Notes: generated from the sequence alone by a model not told the origin. Counted from the first letter of the stretch, positions 27,408 through 38,574 are shown. The stretch is 64,000 nt of DNA from a bacterium (GCA_029565685.1 JAKQNR010000001.1:5710-69709); one strand, 5' to 3'. A program made the numbers and translations.

Positions 27408-28502
27408 TTATTGAGGCGAACGTTTGACGAACGGCGTCTCGCACACCACGGCAGGCGCCTGGGTATTGCGTATTTCAATCGACAAAGGCGTGCCGACCGC
27501 CGCCAGCGCCGCAGGCACATAGCCGGCGCCGATGCCTTTTTCCAAGATGGGTGAAAAAGAACCGCTGGTAACCGTGCCCACCGGCTGCATACCGGAAAAA
27601 ATTCGGTAGCCGTGGCGCGGGAACGCCTTGCCTTGCATAGAGAAACCGATCAGCTTGCGCGTGACGCCCTGCTCGCGCACCCGCAGCAGACTTTCGCGGC
27701 CGATGAAATCGCCCTTGGCGAGTTTGGTGATCCAGCCGAGGCCGGCTTCCAACGGATTGGTGTCGGCATCGATGTCGTTGCCATAGAGACAGTACTTCAT
27801 CTCCAATCGCAACGTATCGCGCGCGCCCAAACCGATGGGTTCGATGTCGAACTCTTTTCCCGCCTCCATCAGCGCCGCCCAGACACGGGCCGAATGCTCT
27901 ACCGGAAAACAGAGTTCAAAGCCCGGTTCGCCGGTATAACCGGTGCGGGATATCATCATCTTTACGCCCGCCGCTTCGCCCTCACGCAACCAATAAAAAG
28001 GAATCTGCTGCAGATCCAGGTCGGTCAGCTTTTGCAGGGTTGCGAACGACTTGGGGCCCTGCAACGCCAGCAGCGAACAGGCATCGCTGCGGTCCTCCAG
28101 TGAAACGCCGGACGTCCTGTGACTGTTCAACCATTCCCAGTCCTTCTTCAAGTTGGAGGCGTTGACCACCAGCATATAGCGGTCATCCGCAAGACGATAG
28201 ACCAAAAGATCGTCGACAATGCCGCCGTTCTCATAACACATGGTCGAGTACTGCACCTGATTGATCGCCAGTTTAGAGACATCGTTGGTGGTCATCTTTT
28301 GCAGAAAAGGCAGGGCCTGTGCTCCGAAGACAAAAAACTCTCCCATGTGGGAAACATCGAATAATCCCACCGTGGAGCGCACACGACGATGCTCCTCCAT
28401 GATGCCGCGATATTGAATCGGCATAAAATAGCCGGCGAACTCGACCAGCTTGGCGCCCAGCTGCTGGTGTATGTCGTAAAAGCCTGTTTTTTTGATTTCC
28501 AT
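27408..28502 (-). CDS. gcvT: Glycine cleavage system aminomethyltransferase GcvT
   Basis: 364 aa. The N-terminus TGFYDIHQQLGAKLVEFAGYFMPIQY...GLFDVSHMGEF is canonical for GcvT. Confidence 0.9.
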   Translation of the reverse strand: MEIKKTGFYDIHQQLGAKLVEFAGYFMPIQYRGIMEEHRRVRSTVGLFDVSHMGEFFVFGAQALPFLQKMTTNDVSKLAINQVQYSTMCYENGGIVDDLLVYRLADDRYMLVVNASNLKKDWEWLNSHRTSGVSLEDRSDACSLLALQGPKSFATLQKLTDLDLQQIPFYWLREGEAAGVKMMISRTGYTGEPGFELCFPVEHSARVWAALMEAGKEFDIEPIGLGARDTLRLEMKYCLYGNDIDADTNPLEAGLGWITKLAKGDFIGRESLLRVREQGVTRKLIGFSMQGKAFPRHGYRIFSGMQPVGTVTSGSFSPILEKGIGAGYVPAALAAVGTPLSIEIRNTQAPAVVCETPFVKRSPQ

Positions 28503-28686
28503 GATCTATCTCTATCTTTTCATTAAAGTTTAGAAGCTAGCTGCCTGCAGCTTATAAAGTAATAAGTATTTCCCATAGTGTCAAGGCCATTTTCAAGATC
28601 AAATTGAAAGAAATCAAGGTGGGGATGAACGGCAAGTTCAGCTGCGGCCACGCGCTGCAGCAGCACGTGGCCGCAATGCCCGGTGA

Positions 28687-29757
28687 TCAAAAAAGATTGA
28701 TCACATCGTTAAATATAACGAAAACCATCAAAGCCAACAACAACGCCATGCCGATCTGCTGAGTGACGATCTTGATCTTGGTCGACACCGGCCGGCGGAT
28801 CACCGCTTCGATCAACAGCAACACCAGGTGACCGCCATCCAGCGCCGGGATGGGCAATAGGTTCAAAATCGCCAGGTTAAGGCTGAGGAAGGCGGTGAAC
28901 ATCAACAGGCTGCCGAATCCGGACCGGGCGGAATCGCCGGCCAGCTGAGCGATGCGCACCGGGCCGCCCAAGCCCTCTTTGAGCGACACTTCGCCGGAAA
29001 AAAGCATGCCGAACGATTTGAACACCAACACGGTGAGCCGCCAGGTTGAGACAAAACCGCTGGTGAGCGATTCCATCAGACCGGCTTGGCGGATCCGGGT
29101 TTTCGGCTCAACGCCGATGAGCCCGATCTTTTGGATTTTATCCAGCTGCGGCGTGATCTTGGCGGAAAATTTCTCACCTGCCCGTTCCCATTCAACCAGA
29201 ACCGCTCTGTCCGGCGCTGCATGAATGATCTCGACCAATTGGTCCCAGCTGCTTATCGGCTTTTGATCGACAGCCAAAATTCTGTCGTTCTCCTGCAGTC
29301 CAGCGGCCTTGGCCGGCATGTTGTCGACCACGCGCCCCACCACCGGTCCGATGGTCTCTGGGATGCCGGCCATAAAAGTGCCGATGGAAAAAACCAACAC
29401 CGTGAGCAGCACATTAAAGATCGGTCCGGCGGCGATCACCAGAGAGCGCGCCCACACCGGTTTGGACATAAACTCCCAGGGCTCGCCCTTGACGGTGTCC
29501 GTGTCCATGCTCTCATCGATCATGCCGGATAATTTTACATAGCCGCCGAACGGCGTGGCGGAGACGCAATAATCGGTGTCGCCGATCTGTTTGCCGAACA
29601 ATCGCGGCGGATAACCGATGGAAAACCGTTCTACGCGAATGCCGGTCAGTTTAGCCAGAAGAAAATGGCCGAACTCGTGGACAAAGATGAGCAGACTGAG
29701 CACGAAAAAGAACGGAATGATGTAGCTGGTGAAAAGGTTTGCGGCTATGATAAGCAT
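28687..29757 (-). CDS. rseP: Site-2 protease RseP (regulated intramembrane proteolysis zinc metalloprotease)
   Basis: 356 aa with an HEFGHFLLAK HExxH motif in TM1, a PDZ domain and the C-terminal LDGGHL motif. Confidence 0.9.
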   Translation of the reverse strand: MLIIAANLFTSYIIPFFFVLSLLIFVHEFGHFLLAKLTGIRVERFSIGYPPRLFGKQIGDTDYCVSATPFGGYVKLSGMIDESMDTDTVKGEPWEFMSKPVWARSLVIAAGPIFNVLLTVLVFSIGTFMAGIPETIGPVVGRVVDNMPAKAAGLQENDRILAVDQKPISSWDQLVEIIHAAPDRAVLVEWERAGEKFSAKITPQLDKIQKIGLIGVEPKTRIRQAGLMESLTSGFVSTWRLTVLVFKSFGMLFSGEVSLKEGLGGPVRIAQLAGDSARSGFGSLLMFTAFLSLNLAILNLLPIPALDGGHLVLLLIEAVIRRPVSTKIKIVTQQIGMALLLALMVFVIFNDVINLF

Positions 29758-30010
29758 GAGAGCTCCTGATACTAAAATGGATTGCTAGAGAACGACTAAA
29801 ATTTCATCTCGCACAGAACTCGGATTGCGTTTTTTTGATCCCTCGTGCGGAATCATCAGATTGATAAAGCGCCTCGTCATCCATGGCTGTGCTCGTTGAA
29901 CGATTCCTTCAGCGCGCGCCAGGTTACGCGGCTTGTGCGCTGTCTGCGCCGGCCGGTTGCAGCGCGCGATTCGCTCCGTCCCTGGCGCCGATATGACGGC
30001 CTTGGCCGGG

Positions 30011-31159
30011 CTATTTCCCCGCAGCGCTGACAAACTTTCTGGCCCATAGATCCGCTGATAACAACCCTTCGACGTCCGGCTTTATTTCCAGCTTGTGCGC
30101 CTGTAAGCTCGCATCGACCAACTCTGCGATGCGTGGAAAAGAGATCCGCTCCTCCAGGAACAGCTGCACCGCCGCTTCGTTGGCCGCGTTGAGCACAGCC
30201 GGCGCAGTGCCGCCCTGCCGCAGCGCATCGTAGGCCAGCCGCAGACACGGGAACCTGGCTGTATCCGGCTCATCAAAGGTAAGCGACAGACGACTGCCGA
30301 ATTCGAGACGCGGGAATACGGAGGGCTTGCGTTCCGGCCAGGTCATGGCCAGTTGGATCGGCAGGCGCATATCCGGCAATCCCATCTGCGCCTTGATGGA
30401 TCCATCGCAGAACAGCACCATGGAATGGATGATGGACTGCGGGTGCACCACTACACGAATTTTTTCCACCGCCACGTGAAACAGCCAGTGCGCTTCGATC
30501 ACCTCCAGCCCTTTGTTCATCATGGTGGCGGAATCGATGGTGATCTTGGGGCCCATGGACCAGTTCGGATGCTTGAGCGCCTGAGCCGGAGTAATGGAAG
30601 CGAACGCCTCTTTCGCCAGAGTGCGAAACGGTCCGCCGGATCCGGTCAACAGAACGGCCTCGACGCTCTTCTCCGACTCGCCCAGCAAACACTGAAACAC
30701 GGCGCTGTGCTCGCTGTCGATAGGCAGGATCGCCGCACGATGCTGCGCCGCTGCGGCGGAAACCAGCTCCCCTCCGATGACCATGGTCTCTTTGTTGGCC
30801 AGCGCCACTGGTTTGCCGCGCTGCAAAGCGGTCAAGGTAGGACGGAATCCAATGCTGCCCACCACGGCATTGACCAGCAGATCATAGTCGGCGAAACCGG
30901 CCAGCTGCTGCAACGCATCGGCGCCGGTGATCAGTTCCACGCCCAGCCGGGCAAACGCAGCGAGATGGTCATCGCTCACTGCGGCTCCGGTAACCGCGGC
31001 GATCTGCGGTCGAAAGCGTTTCGCCTGTTCGTACAATTGGTCGATTCGGCGGTGCGTGCTCAGAGCGGCGACGATAAATTCTTCGGCCAGTTGATCTACG
31101 ACCTCAAGGCTGCTGACGCCGATAGAACCGGTGGAACCCAGCAGGGCTATCTTTTTCAC
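30011..31159 (-). CDS. dxr: 1-deoxy-D-xylulose 5-phosphate reductoisomerase
   Basis: 382 aa with N-terminal KIALLGSTGSIGVSSLEV and Dxr-like conserved blocks throughout. Confidence 0.9.
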   Translation of the reverse strand: MKKIALLGSTGSIGVSSLEVVDQLAEEFIVAALSTHRRIDQLYEQAKRFRPQIAAVTGAAVSDDHLAAFARLGVELITGADALQQLAGFADYDLLVNAVVGSIGFRPTLTALQRGKPVALANKETMVIGGELVSAAAAQHRAAILPIDSEHSAVFQCLLGESEKSVEAVLLTGSGGPFRTLAKEAFASITPAQALKHPNWSMGPKITIDSATMMNKGLEVIEAHWLFHVAVEKIRVVVHPQSIIHSMVLFCDGSIKAQMGLPDMRLPIQLAMTWPERKPSVFPRLEFGSRLSLTFDEPDTARFPCLRLAYDALRQGGTAPAVLNAANEAAVQLFLEERISFPRIAELVDASLQAHKLEIKPDVEGLLSADLWARKFVSAAGK

Positions 31160-31160
31160 T

Positions 31161-32027
31161 TCAGCAACGCTCTCTTGATGAAGGTTCTTTCAAGTCAGAC
31201 AGCCGGCGCTGCATTTCGCTGTCCGCCTGACTGCGGTTTTGCTCAGCCGCTGCCAGTTCTTCAGGGTAGAGCGGCGCCATAATCCATTCAATGTTCAGCG
31301 CCTGCTGAAAGCCCTTTGCCAACGCCGCCGCCAAATCTTCATAACGCAACGGAGAAGCGGCCAGTTCGTTGAGGCAGACGGTATGGGCTGCCATATAGCG
31401 ATGAATCGATTGACGCCGCGCCTGATCGCCCTGGGCCAGAAAAAAAGCCAGATCGCAATGTTCCGGTCCAATTAAAATCGATCCGTGCTGTAAAACCGCG
31501 TCGGCAAAGCGGCGCTGGGCGCTGCCCACTAGTTTTCTCCCCTGCACGCCGATCTCGTGTTGGATGGCGGAAGCATAGCATAGGCTGGAAAGTTCGCCGC
31601 GTGCAAAATCTTTTATTGTGCGTTCGGACCGATCGAAAACAGCCGCAATTCGCAGTTGCGCCAGTCCTGCCAGAATGGCCAAAGAGATGCGCTCGTAAAC
31701 CGCCATGATCTCCAGGTTGAACAGACGACTGGCAGGACTGAGCGTTACGCTGTAGGTCAATTCGTTGCTGTGTAAAACCGCACGGCCGCCGGTCGGGCGA
31801 TAGACTACGTCCACTCCCTGACGGCGGCAGGCGTCCAGATCGATTTCCGCGAGCGATTGATGATGCCCCAGAGAGACGGCCGCCGGTTGCCAGCGATAAA
31901 CGCGCAGGGTTGCCGCAAAGGGTCGGTGCGCCGCCTGTTGCGCCAACGCCAAATCCACGGCCATATGGGTGAATCCGCTGCCGCTGCCGCTGTCAATGAA
32001 ACGCCAGCGTTCCGTGACTGCGTGCAA
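31161..32027 (-). CDS. Lipoate-protein ligase / octanoyltransferase family protein (BPL_LplA_LipB catalytic domain)
   Basis: 288 aa. N-terminal RVYRWQPAAVSLGHHQ and GGRAVLHSNELTYS resemble the LplA/LipB fold. Confidence 0.6.
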   Translation of the reverse strand: MHAVTERWRFIDSGSGSGFTHMAVDLALAQQAAHRPFAATLRVYRWQPAAVSLGHHQSLAEIDLDACRRQGVDVVYRPTGGRAVLHSNELTYSVTLSPASRLFNLEIMAVYERISLAILAGLAQLRIAAVFDRSERTIKDFARGELSSLCYASAIQHEIGVQGRKLVGSAQRRFADAVLQHGSILIGPEHCDLAFFLAQGDQARRQSIHRYMAAHTVCLNELAASPLRYEDLAAALAKGFQQALNIEWIMAPLYPEELAAAEQNRSQADSEMQRRLSDLKEPSSRERC

Positions 32028-32030
32028 AGA

Positions 32031-32816
32031 TCAGCGCTCCCGACCGCGCAGAATGCCGCGCTGCGAACGTTCTATAAAAGTGAGTACATGGACCACCTCG
32101 GGGATCAGCGGCACCTGTTCCCGTATTCGCGCCACCGCCTGGGTGACGTTCAGGCCGGAGCGATAGAGCAAACGATAAGTTCTTTTCAGCAAAAGAGTCG
32201 TCTCTTCGGAATAGCCGCGCCGTTTCAAGCCCACGGAGTTGAGGCCGCAAAAGCGCAGCGGCTCCTCAGAGGCGAGAATATAGGGCGGTACGTCCTGAAT
32301 GACGCGAAAGCCGCCGCCGATCATGGAATGCCGGCCCACGGTGCAGAACTGGTGCACCGGCGACATGCCGCCGATGATGGCCCAGTCCTCCACCGTCACA
32401 TGGCCGCCCAGTTGAACGCCGTTGGCCATGATCACATGATCGCCGACGGTGCAGTCGTGCGCCACATGGGCATAGGCCATAAGCAGGCAGTCTGAGCCGA
32501 TGGAGCTCTTGCCGTGAGCCAGGGTGCCGCGGTTGAGGGTGCAGAACTCGCGCACCACCGTGCGGTCGCCGATTTCAAACAGCGTTTTCTCGCCGCCGAA
32601 CTTCAGGTCCTGCGGCATCGTGGCCACTACGGCGCCCTTGTGGATGGAGCAGTGTTTGCCGATGCGGGCGCCGTCGGCGATATAAACCTGGGGTCCGATG
32701 CGGGTGCTGTCGCCGATGACCACATCCCCTTCCACTATGGCGTAGGGGCCGATGACCACGTCCGAGCCGATCTGCGCCTGCGGATCTACCAAAGCCGTTG
32801 GATGTATTTGCGTCAC
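32031..32816 (-). CDS. lpxA: Acyl-ACP--UDP-N-acetylglucosamine O-acyltransferase LpxA
   Basis: 261 aa with left-handed beta-helix hexapeptide repeats and the N-terminal IHPTALVDPQAQIG. Confidence 0.9.
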   Translation of the reverse strand: MTQIHPTALVDPQAQIGSDVVIGPYAIVEGDVVIGDSTRIGPQVYIADGARIGKHCSIHKGAVVATMPQDLKFGGEKTLFEIGDRTVVREFCTLNRGTLAHGKSSIGSDCLLMAYAHVAHDCTVGDHVIMANGVQLGGHVTVEDWAIIGGMSPVHQFCTVGRHSMIGGGFRVIQDVPPYILASEEPLRFCGLNSVGLKRRGYSEETTLLLKRTYRLLYRSGLNVTQAVARIREQVPLIPEVVHVLTFIERSQRGILRGRER

Positions 32817-32871
32817 AAAAACCTCTCTGCGAATGAAAAGCGCGGCGCCGCGGTCGTAAGCGCGTTCCGAT

Positions 32872-34269
32872 TTATACTCGATCCACGATGGCTGCCATCA
32901 ACTCGGCTTCGCAGACCAGTTCATTGTCCACCAGCGCCCGTCCGATCATTTTGCACATGGTGCGCCGGTTGGCCGCCAGCTCCACCTCAAAGCGGATGGT
33001 GTCGCCGGGAGTGACGGTTTTGCGGAACCGTACGTTGTCGATGCCGGTGAAATACACCAGCTTTTTATTCGGATCGGTCTCGGTGTTGAGCATAAGAATG
33101 CCGCCCACCTGCGCCATGGCTTCGACGATCAGGACGCCCGGCATAATCGGTCGGCCGGGAAAATGACCCTGAAAGAACGGTTCGTTCAGGGAGACGTTTT
33201 TAATGCCCACCACATGTTCCTGAGGGACCAGATCGATGATCTTGTCCACCAGCAGGAATGGGTAACGGTGCGGCAGAATTTTCAGTATGGCATTGGCATC
33301 GAGAAAAGCGGACTGATCGTCGGACACCGCGTATTTGGAGCGAATGAGTTTCTTTTTATACTCTTTGCGGATCAGTTTCACCAGTTCCACGTTGGCCGCA
33401 TGACCGGAACGGGCGGCCATCACATGGGCTTTCAACGGCATGCCCAGCAGACAGAGATCGCCGATCAGATCGAGGGCTTTGTGTCGCACCTGTTCGTTGG
33501 GATAGCGCAGTTCCTTGCCGTTGAGAATGCCGTTGTTGGACAGGGTCACGCTGGTGTCGATGCCGAAGAGCTTGCGCAGATCGGTCAGCTCCGCCTGGGT
33601 CATGTCGCGATCGATGACCACCACCGCGTTGTCCAGTGAACCGCCCTTGATCAGGCCGGCTTTCCACAGATGCTCCACCTCGCTGAGAAAGCAGAATGTG
33701 CGCGAAGCGGCGAATTCGGTGGCAAACTCTTCGTGCAGCGAGTACATGGAGGTGTACTGAGTGCCGAGGGCGGGATTTTTATAATCCACCATAAAGGTGA
33801 TGCGGAATTCGTCCGAGGGAAAGACGACGATGTCGATGCCGCGCGCCGGCTCATGATAGGTGATGGTCTTGTCGATGATGAGATAATCGCGTGGAGAGTC
33901 CTGTTCCTGTAGGCCGGCTTTGAGGAGAATTTCGACAAAGGGCAGGGCGCTGCCGTCGCCTACCGGCGGTTCATTGCCGTGGACTTCGCAGATGATGTTG
34001 TCGATCTCCAGTCCGCTGACCGCAGCGAGGACGTGCTCCACGGTGTGAATTTTCGCCTCGCCGATGCCGATGGTGGTTCCGCGGGAGATATCCAGCACAT
34101 GATCGATATCAGCCGGAATGACGGGAGAATTGGGAATATCGGTGCGAATGAAGGTGATGCCATTGTTGGCAGGAGCCGGTTTAAAGGTGATTCTGGTTTT
34201 GTTGCCCGTATGCAGTCCGACGCCGGAATAGGAAACCTCGTGTCGGATCGTCTGCTGTTGCTTAAGCAT
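32872..34269 (-). CDS. lpxC: Bifunctional UDP-3-O-acyl-GlcNAc deacetylase / 3-hydroxyacyl-ACP dehydratase (LpxC-FabZ fusion)
   Basis: 465 aa. The N-terminal LpxC domain (HTVEHVLAA..., HEPAR...) is followed by a C-terminal FabZ hotdog ([13 protein letters not shown]...[13 protein letters not shown]). This fusion is typical of Bacteroidota, Chlorobi and related phyla. Confidence 0.9.
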   Translation of the reverse strand: MLKQQQTIRHEVSYSGVGLHTGNKTRITFKPAPANNGITFIRTDIPNSPVIPADIDHVLDISRGTTIGIGEAKIHTVEHVLAAVSGLEIDNIICEVHGNEPPVGDGSALPFVEILLKAGLQEQDSPRDYLIIDKTITYHEPARGIDIVVFPSDEFRITFMVDYKNPALGTQYTSMYSLHEEFATEFAASRTFCFLSEVEHLWKAGLIKGGSLDNAVVVIDRDMTQAELTDLRKLFGIDTSVTLSNNGILNGKELRYPNEQVRHKALDLIGDLCLLGMPLKAHVMAARSGHAANVELVKLIRKEYKKKLIRSKYAVSDDQSAFLDANAILKILPHRYPFLLVDKIIDLVPQEHVVGIKNVSLNEPFFQGHFPGRPIMPGVLIVEAMAQVGGILMLNTETDPNKKLVYFTGIDNVRFRKTVTPGDTIRFEVELAANRRTMCKMIGRALVDNELVCEAELMAAIVDRV

Positions 34270-34321
34270 TCATCCTCCTGAGTCAACATAGTGCGGGGAT
34301 AAAGAAAATTCCGGGGGGTGG

Positions 34322-35350
34322 TCAGCTTTTCGTCTGCAGTTTGGCCAGCGTTTCCTCCAGACGTTTCACCCGTTTGAGCAATTCCGGAAGCTTGCTGAGG
34401 CTGGCCTCCTCCCTTTTGGCGCTCATGTGTTCGCGAGCCGGATAACCGGAGACAAAAACGTCTTGCGGAACCGATTTGGTGACGCCGGCCTGAGCGCCGA
34501 CAGCGGCGCGGTCGCCTATTTCAATGTGGCCCACGGCGCCGGCCTGACCGCCGATACGCACATGCCGGCCGACGCGGGTGCTGCCCGAGATGCCGGACTG
34601 GGCGGCCAGAGCGGTGTGGCTGCCGATCTCCACATTGTGCGCGATCTGGATGAGATTGTCCAGTTTGGCGCCGGCGCGGATCACGGTTTCACCCAGAGTG
34701 GCGCGATCGATGGTGGTGTTGGCGCCGATCTCGACGTCGTCCTCGATCACCACCACGCCCAGCTGCGGGATTTTGTGATAACGGCCGTCGCGAAAGGCAA
34801 AGCCAAAGCCGTCGGAGCCGACCACAGCGCCGCAGTGGATGATGACCCGATGGCCGATGCGGCAATTTTCCCGCACCGATACGTTGGCATAGAGCACGCA
34901 GTGCTCGCCGACCTGTACGCCGTCGCCGAGCACCACGCCGGGATGGAGCTGCGTCGCTCGTCCGATGCGACATCCCCGGCCGATGACCACCAATGGCCCG
35001 ATGGCGGCGTCCGCCGCGATCACGGCGTCTTGAGCGATAACAGCGCTGGGATGCACGCCGGCGGGCAAGGCCGGCGCAGCGCCGTACAGCTTTTGCATCA
35101 AGGTCATGAAGGCGAAATAGGGATCTGCACAGCGCAGCAACGTTTTATTCGCAGCGGGAAAATCCTTCGGCACCAACACAGCGGAAGCGGCGGTGGTTGC
35201 CAGATGTTTCTCATAGCGGGGATTGCTGATAAAGGTCAACGCGCCCGGACCGGCCTCTTCAATCTTGGCCAGACGGTCGATCGTCAACCCGTCGTCGCCT
35301 TCGACGACCGCATCCACCCACTGGGCAATTTCCTTGACCGTATAAGGCAT
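34322..35350 (-). CDS. lpxD: UDP-3-O-acylglucosamine N-acyltransferase LpxD
   Basis: 342 aa with hexapeptide repeats and an LpxD N-terminal domain. Confidence 0.9.
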   Translation of the reverse strand: MPYTVKEIAQWVDAVVEGDDGLTIDRLAKIEEAGPGALTFISNPRYEKHLATTAASAVLVPKDFPAANKTLLRCADPYFAFMTLMQKLYGAAPALPAGVHPSAVIAQDAVIAADAAIGPLVVIGRGCRIGRATQLHPGVVLGDGVQVGEHCVLYANVSVRENCRIGHRVIIHCGAVVGSDGFGFAFRDGRYHKIPQLGVVVIEDDVEIGANTTIDRATLGETVIRAGAKLDNLIQIAHNVEIGSHTALAAQSGISGSTRVGRHVRIGGQAGAVGHIEIGDRAAVGAQAGVTKSVPQDVFVSGYPAREHMSAKREEASLSKLPELLKRVKRLEETLAKLQTKS

Positions 35351-35450
35351 ACGCTTGTCTCTCGCCTAAAAACATCAGCCACGCACCGTTTCGAGTCGGT
35401 GCGTGGCGTGAAAACCCTGCACAAAAGTTGGCAACAGCCGCTTGTGGGGC

Positions 35451-36038
35451 CTAATTTCTGGTCCCTGTAGTCCGGCGGGTTGTGCCGCTGCTCTCCAGAC
35501 CCTTTTCCAGGTCCTTGATCACATCTTCGGTCAAATCCACCTGACGCGGGCTGGCGTAAACGATGTTGCCGGCCACGGTGTCAAAGACATAGTCGAAATT
35601 CTGCAGCTCGGCGACCTTTTTGATGGCCTGGTTGATTTTGTCGAAAATCGGCTGCATCAGTTCTTCCTGCTTTTTATAGAACTCGCCGCCCTGGCCCCAT
35701 TTTTCCGCCTGGAACTGTTGGATCTTCATGTAAAGCGTCTGCAGTTCCTGCTGTTTTTCGCGCTTGCGCTCCTCGCTCAGCAGCAGACTCTGGGATTCGA
35801 GCTGTTCGCCCATCTCCTGGAATTGTTTCTGCAACGCTTTGCCCTCTTCCTCCCAGGTCGCGTTGATTTTGTTCAACCGTTCCTGAGTGTCCTGGGCCTC
35901 TTTGTAGCTGGCTACGATTTTTTGCGAATTGATGTAGCCCAATTTCTGCGCCCAGGCAGATGAACCGACCATCATGACGCCGATAAAGACCACGAGCCAT
36001 GCGTTTCTTGTTTTCACTGTATCCTCCTGTAAACACAT
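35451..36038 (-). CDS. skp: Periplasmic chaperone Skp/OmpH
   Basis: 195 aa with a signal peptide, a coiled-coil-rich OmpH pattern and a position between bamA and lpxD. Confidence 0.8.
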   Translation of the reverse strand: MCLQEDTVKTRNAWLVVFIGVMMVGSSAWAQKLGYINSQKIVASYKEAQDTQERLNKINATWEEEGKALQKQFQEMGEQLESQSLLLSEERKREKQQELQTLYMKIQQFQAEKWGQGGEFYKKQEELMQPIFDKINQAIKKVAELQNFDYVFDTVAGNIVYASPRQVDLTEDVIKDLEKGLESSGTTRRTTGTRN

Positions 36039-36053
36039 AAAGGGTTGGCTGAA

Positions 36054-38375
36054 TTAAAAGCTCTTGCCGAATACAAAATGCATCTTCCATTTGGGGGCCG
36101 CGTTGCCGTACGCATCCACCCGGTCAAATCCATAGCCGTAATCAAAACCGATGATGCCGATCATGGGCATGTAAACCCGGGCGCCGACGCCTGCCGAGCG
36201 CTTCATGCTCGAGGGATCGGCGTGCTTGAAATCAGGCCAGACGTTGCCCGCTTCGGCGAACAGCAGGGCAAAGATAGTCGGATTGGGTGCAATGGGCACA
36301 CGCAGCTCCATGGTGTATTTCAACATCGCCTTGCCGCCCTCGGCGGCCGAATAGTCCTCACTGAGCGGATCGTTGTATCCGCGCAGAGGGATCGAGCGCG
36401 ACATGCCCGAGCCGCCCATGAAAAAATATTCGTAATAGGGGATGAAGGGATTCTTGCCGATGCCTTCCATATAGCCGCCCTGAAAACTGGAATAGAGCAC
36501 CAGGTTCCAGACCGACGGCATAAACCAGTCAAAGCGCATGGTGTGCTTGTGATAATCCACCGTGCCGCCTAAAAAAGTGCCGGAGAGTTCGTTAGTAAAG
36601 GTCACATCCGATCCGGCGGTGGGAAATTCCGGCCGGTCCAAACTGTTGCGGCTAAAAACCTGAGTGATGGCGCTGCTGGTGCGCGGCCAGGAGGCGGTGA
36701 CAATGCCGTTGGGATTGTATTGCTTGTACGTCTCATTGAAATCGGACAACGAGGTCTGATCCAGACTGTACATCAAGCTGGTGCTGAAAAAATTATCCGG
36801 CCAGCTCAACCGGCGTCCCAGGGACAGGGTAAAGCCCTGGCTCTCCTGCCGGAACCCATACCAGACGGCGCTGCGCATGGTGTTATAGACGTTGAATCCC
36901 GCCGTGGTGGGCGTGTCCATCACCCACGGTTGGGCATAGCCCAGGTTCAACGAGCGGTAGTAACGACCGAAATTCCAATCGATGCTGGCGCGCTGCCCGG
37001 TGCCCATCAGGTTGGCCATAGACAGACCCACCGAACCGACAAAGCGGTCATACTCGCTCCAGCCGGCCGACATGTTGGCCGTGTCCGTGGACTTTTCCTC
37101 CACCTTGAACTCCAGATCCACCTTGTCCTCGTCGATGGGCGTGACCTTGGGCTCCACATTGGCAAAATAATTCAGCATCCACACTTCACGTTGACTGCGC
37201 TCCAACAGGGAACGGTTAAAGAAATCGCCGGGCAGGATGCGCAGCTCGCGGCGGATCACCTTTTCCCGCGTCTTGCTGTTGCCCACGATTTTGATCTCGT
37301 TGATGCGCGCCTGTTTGCCCTCGGAAACGATAAAATGGATGTCCAGCTCCTGGTTTTCATCCTCTGTCTCGCGCGGCACGGTCTGCGCATAGATATAGCC
37401 GCGATCATAGTACAGCGTGCCGATGTTTTTCATGATCGCTTCTTCCAGCTTTTTCTTGCTGTAGATTTCTCCCTTGGCAAAGCCCAGTTGGCTGTTCAGC
37501 TCCTCGGTGGTAAAGATCTTGTTGCCCTCAAAGGTGATATCGCCGAAGGTATATTGCGGTCCTTCGTTGATCCAGATATCGATATACATCTCGTCGTTCA
37601 GTTGGTTGTAAGAGATCGAATCGCGCAGGATTTCGATGTCGCGATAGCCATGGTTGGCATAGAAATCGAGCAGCAGACCCTGATCCTCTTCATATTTTTT
37701 TCGATCGAAATCGCCGCCGCGCAGCCAAGTGTTCTCCTTGGTTTTTTTCAGCTGCTTTCGCAGCTTTTTATCGGTGAACTTTTCGTTGCCGTGAAAATCG
37801 ATGCGCTCGATCTGCACTTTGCGGCCTTCGTCAAAAATAAAACGAACGTTGACGCGGCTGCTGTCCTCCTTGGTGTACTCTTGCGCCGTTTTGATTTTGG
37901 CCAGCAGATGGCCCTTTTCCTTGTACTTGTCCAACAATTTGGATTTGGCGCGGGCGATCATGCCGGGATTGACCACCTGGCCCGGATAAAAGCTGGTGGC
38001 GGTTTCGATGTCTTCCTTTTTGAGTTTTTTATTGCCCTGATATTCGAATTTGTCCAGCCGCGGATATTCCTTGACGCGAATGACAATAAACACGCCCTCG
38101 GCCAGCTCGCGCTCCACCACGATGCGAATGTCGGAAAACAGATCCAACCGCCACAGCTGACGGATCGCCTCCTGGATGCCGTCTCCGGTGATCTCCATGC
38201 CCGGCGTGATGCCCGAGCTTAGGCGCACCATGTTGGCATCCGTGGTCCGATTGCCCTCCACCGAAACGCCGAGGATCTTCACCGAACGTTTTTGCGCCGA
38301 AACCGCCTGAGGCATGCTGATCGACAGGATCAGCAGAGCGCTGATTGCCCATTTTCCAAAACGCATAGAATTCAA
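36054..38375 (-). CDS. bamA: Outer membrane protein assembly factor BamA
   Basis: 773 aa with a signal peptide, POTRA repeats, a C-terminal Omp85 barrel that ends ...HFVFGKSF, and conserved bamA-skp-lpxD synteny. Confidence 0.95.
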   Translation of the reverse strand: MNSMRFGKWAISALLILSISMPQAVSAQKRSVKILGVSVEGNRTTDANMVRLSSGITPGMEITGDGIQEAIRQLWRLDLFSDIRIVVERELAEGVFIVIRVKEYPRLDKFEYQGNKKLKKEDIETATSFYPGQVVNPGMIARAKSKLLDKYKEKGHLLAKIKTAQEYTKEDSSRVNVRFIFDEGRKVQIERIDFHGNEKFTDKKLRKQLKKTKENTWLRGGDFDRKKYEEDQGLLLDFYANHGYRDIEILRDSISYNQLNDEMYIDIWINEGPQYTFGDITFEGNKIFTTEELNSQLGFAKGEIYSKKKLEEAIMKNIGTLYYDRGYIYAQTVPRETEDENQELDIHFIVSEGKQARINEIKIVGNSKTREKVIRRELRILPGDFFNRSLLERSQREVWMLNYFANVEPKVTPIDEDKVDLEFKVEEKSTDTANMSAGWSEYDRFVGSVGLSMANLMGTGQRASIDWNFGRYYRSLNLGYAQPWVMDTPTTAGFNVYNTMRSAVWYGFRQESQGFTLSLGRRLSWPDNFFSTSLMYSLDQTSLSDFNETYKQYNPNGIVTASWPRTSSAITQVFSRNSLDRPEFPTAGSDVTFTNELSGTFLGGTVDYHKHTMRFDWFMPSVWNLVLYSSFQGGYMEGIGKNPFIPYYEYFFMGGSGMSRSIPLRGYNDPLSEDYSAAEGGKAMLKYTMELRVPIAPNPTIFALLFAEAGNVWPDFKHADPSSMKRSAGVGARVYMPMIGIIGFDYGYGFDRVDAYGNAAPKWKMHFVFGKSF

Positions 38376-38574
38376 TAGATGGCTTTCAAGTTATGATCGT
38401 ATAATGTAAGAAAATTAAAGCTTATTGCCAAGAAAAATATATCCTTCGGCCCGCTGAAAACCGTGGAGCGGCTGCTAATCAAACGCCGTCAATCCAACCG
38501 AGTTCCTTCAAGCAACCAAAAAAAAAGCCTCACCCGCGAAGGCAAGGCATGACGGCGATCGGATCATTGTCGTC

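Noticed and set aside
28503-28686. A glycine riboswitch upstream of gcvT
   Set aside because: Glycine riboswitch core motifs such as ACCGAAGG and the CUCUGGAGAG-type junctions were not found on the minus strand of this gap
36720-38222. A 500-aa plus-strand ORF antisense to bamA. The same applies to 56437..58797 antisense to the PGT-PglF gene, 41783..42655 antisense to waaA and 17099..18064 antisense to the dehydrogenase gene
   Set aside because: Long stop-free antisense frames are expected in 60%-GC coding DNA. The sense-strand genes have unambiguous family matches, whereas the antisense products are low-complexity and Arg/Gly/His-rich
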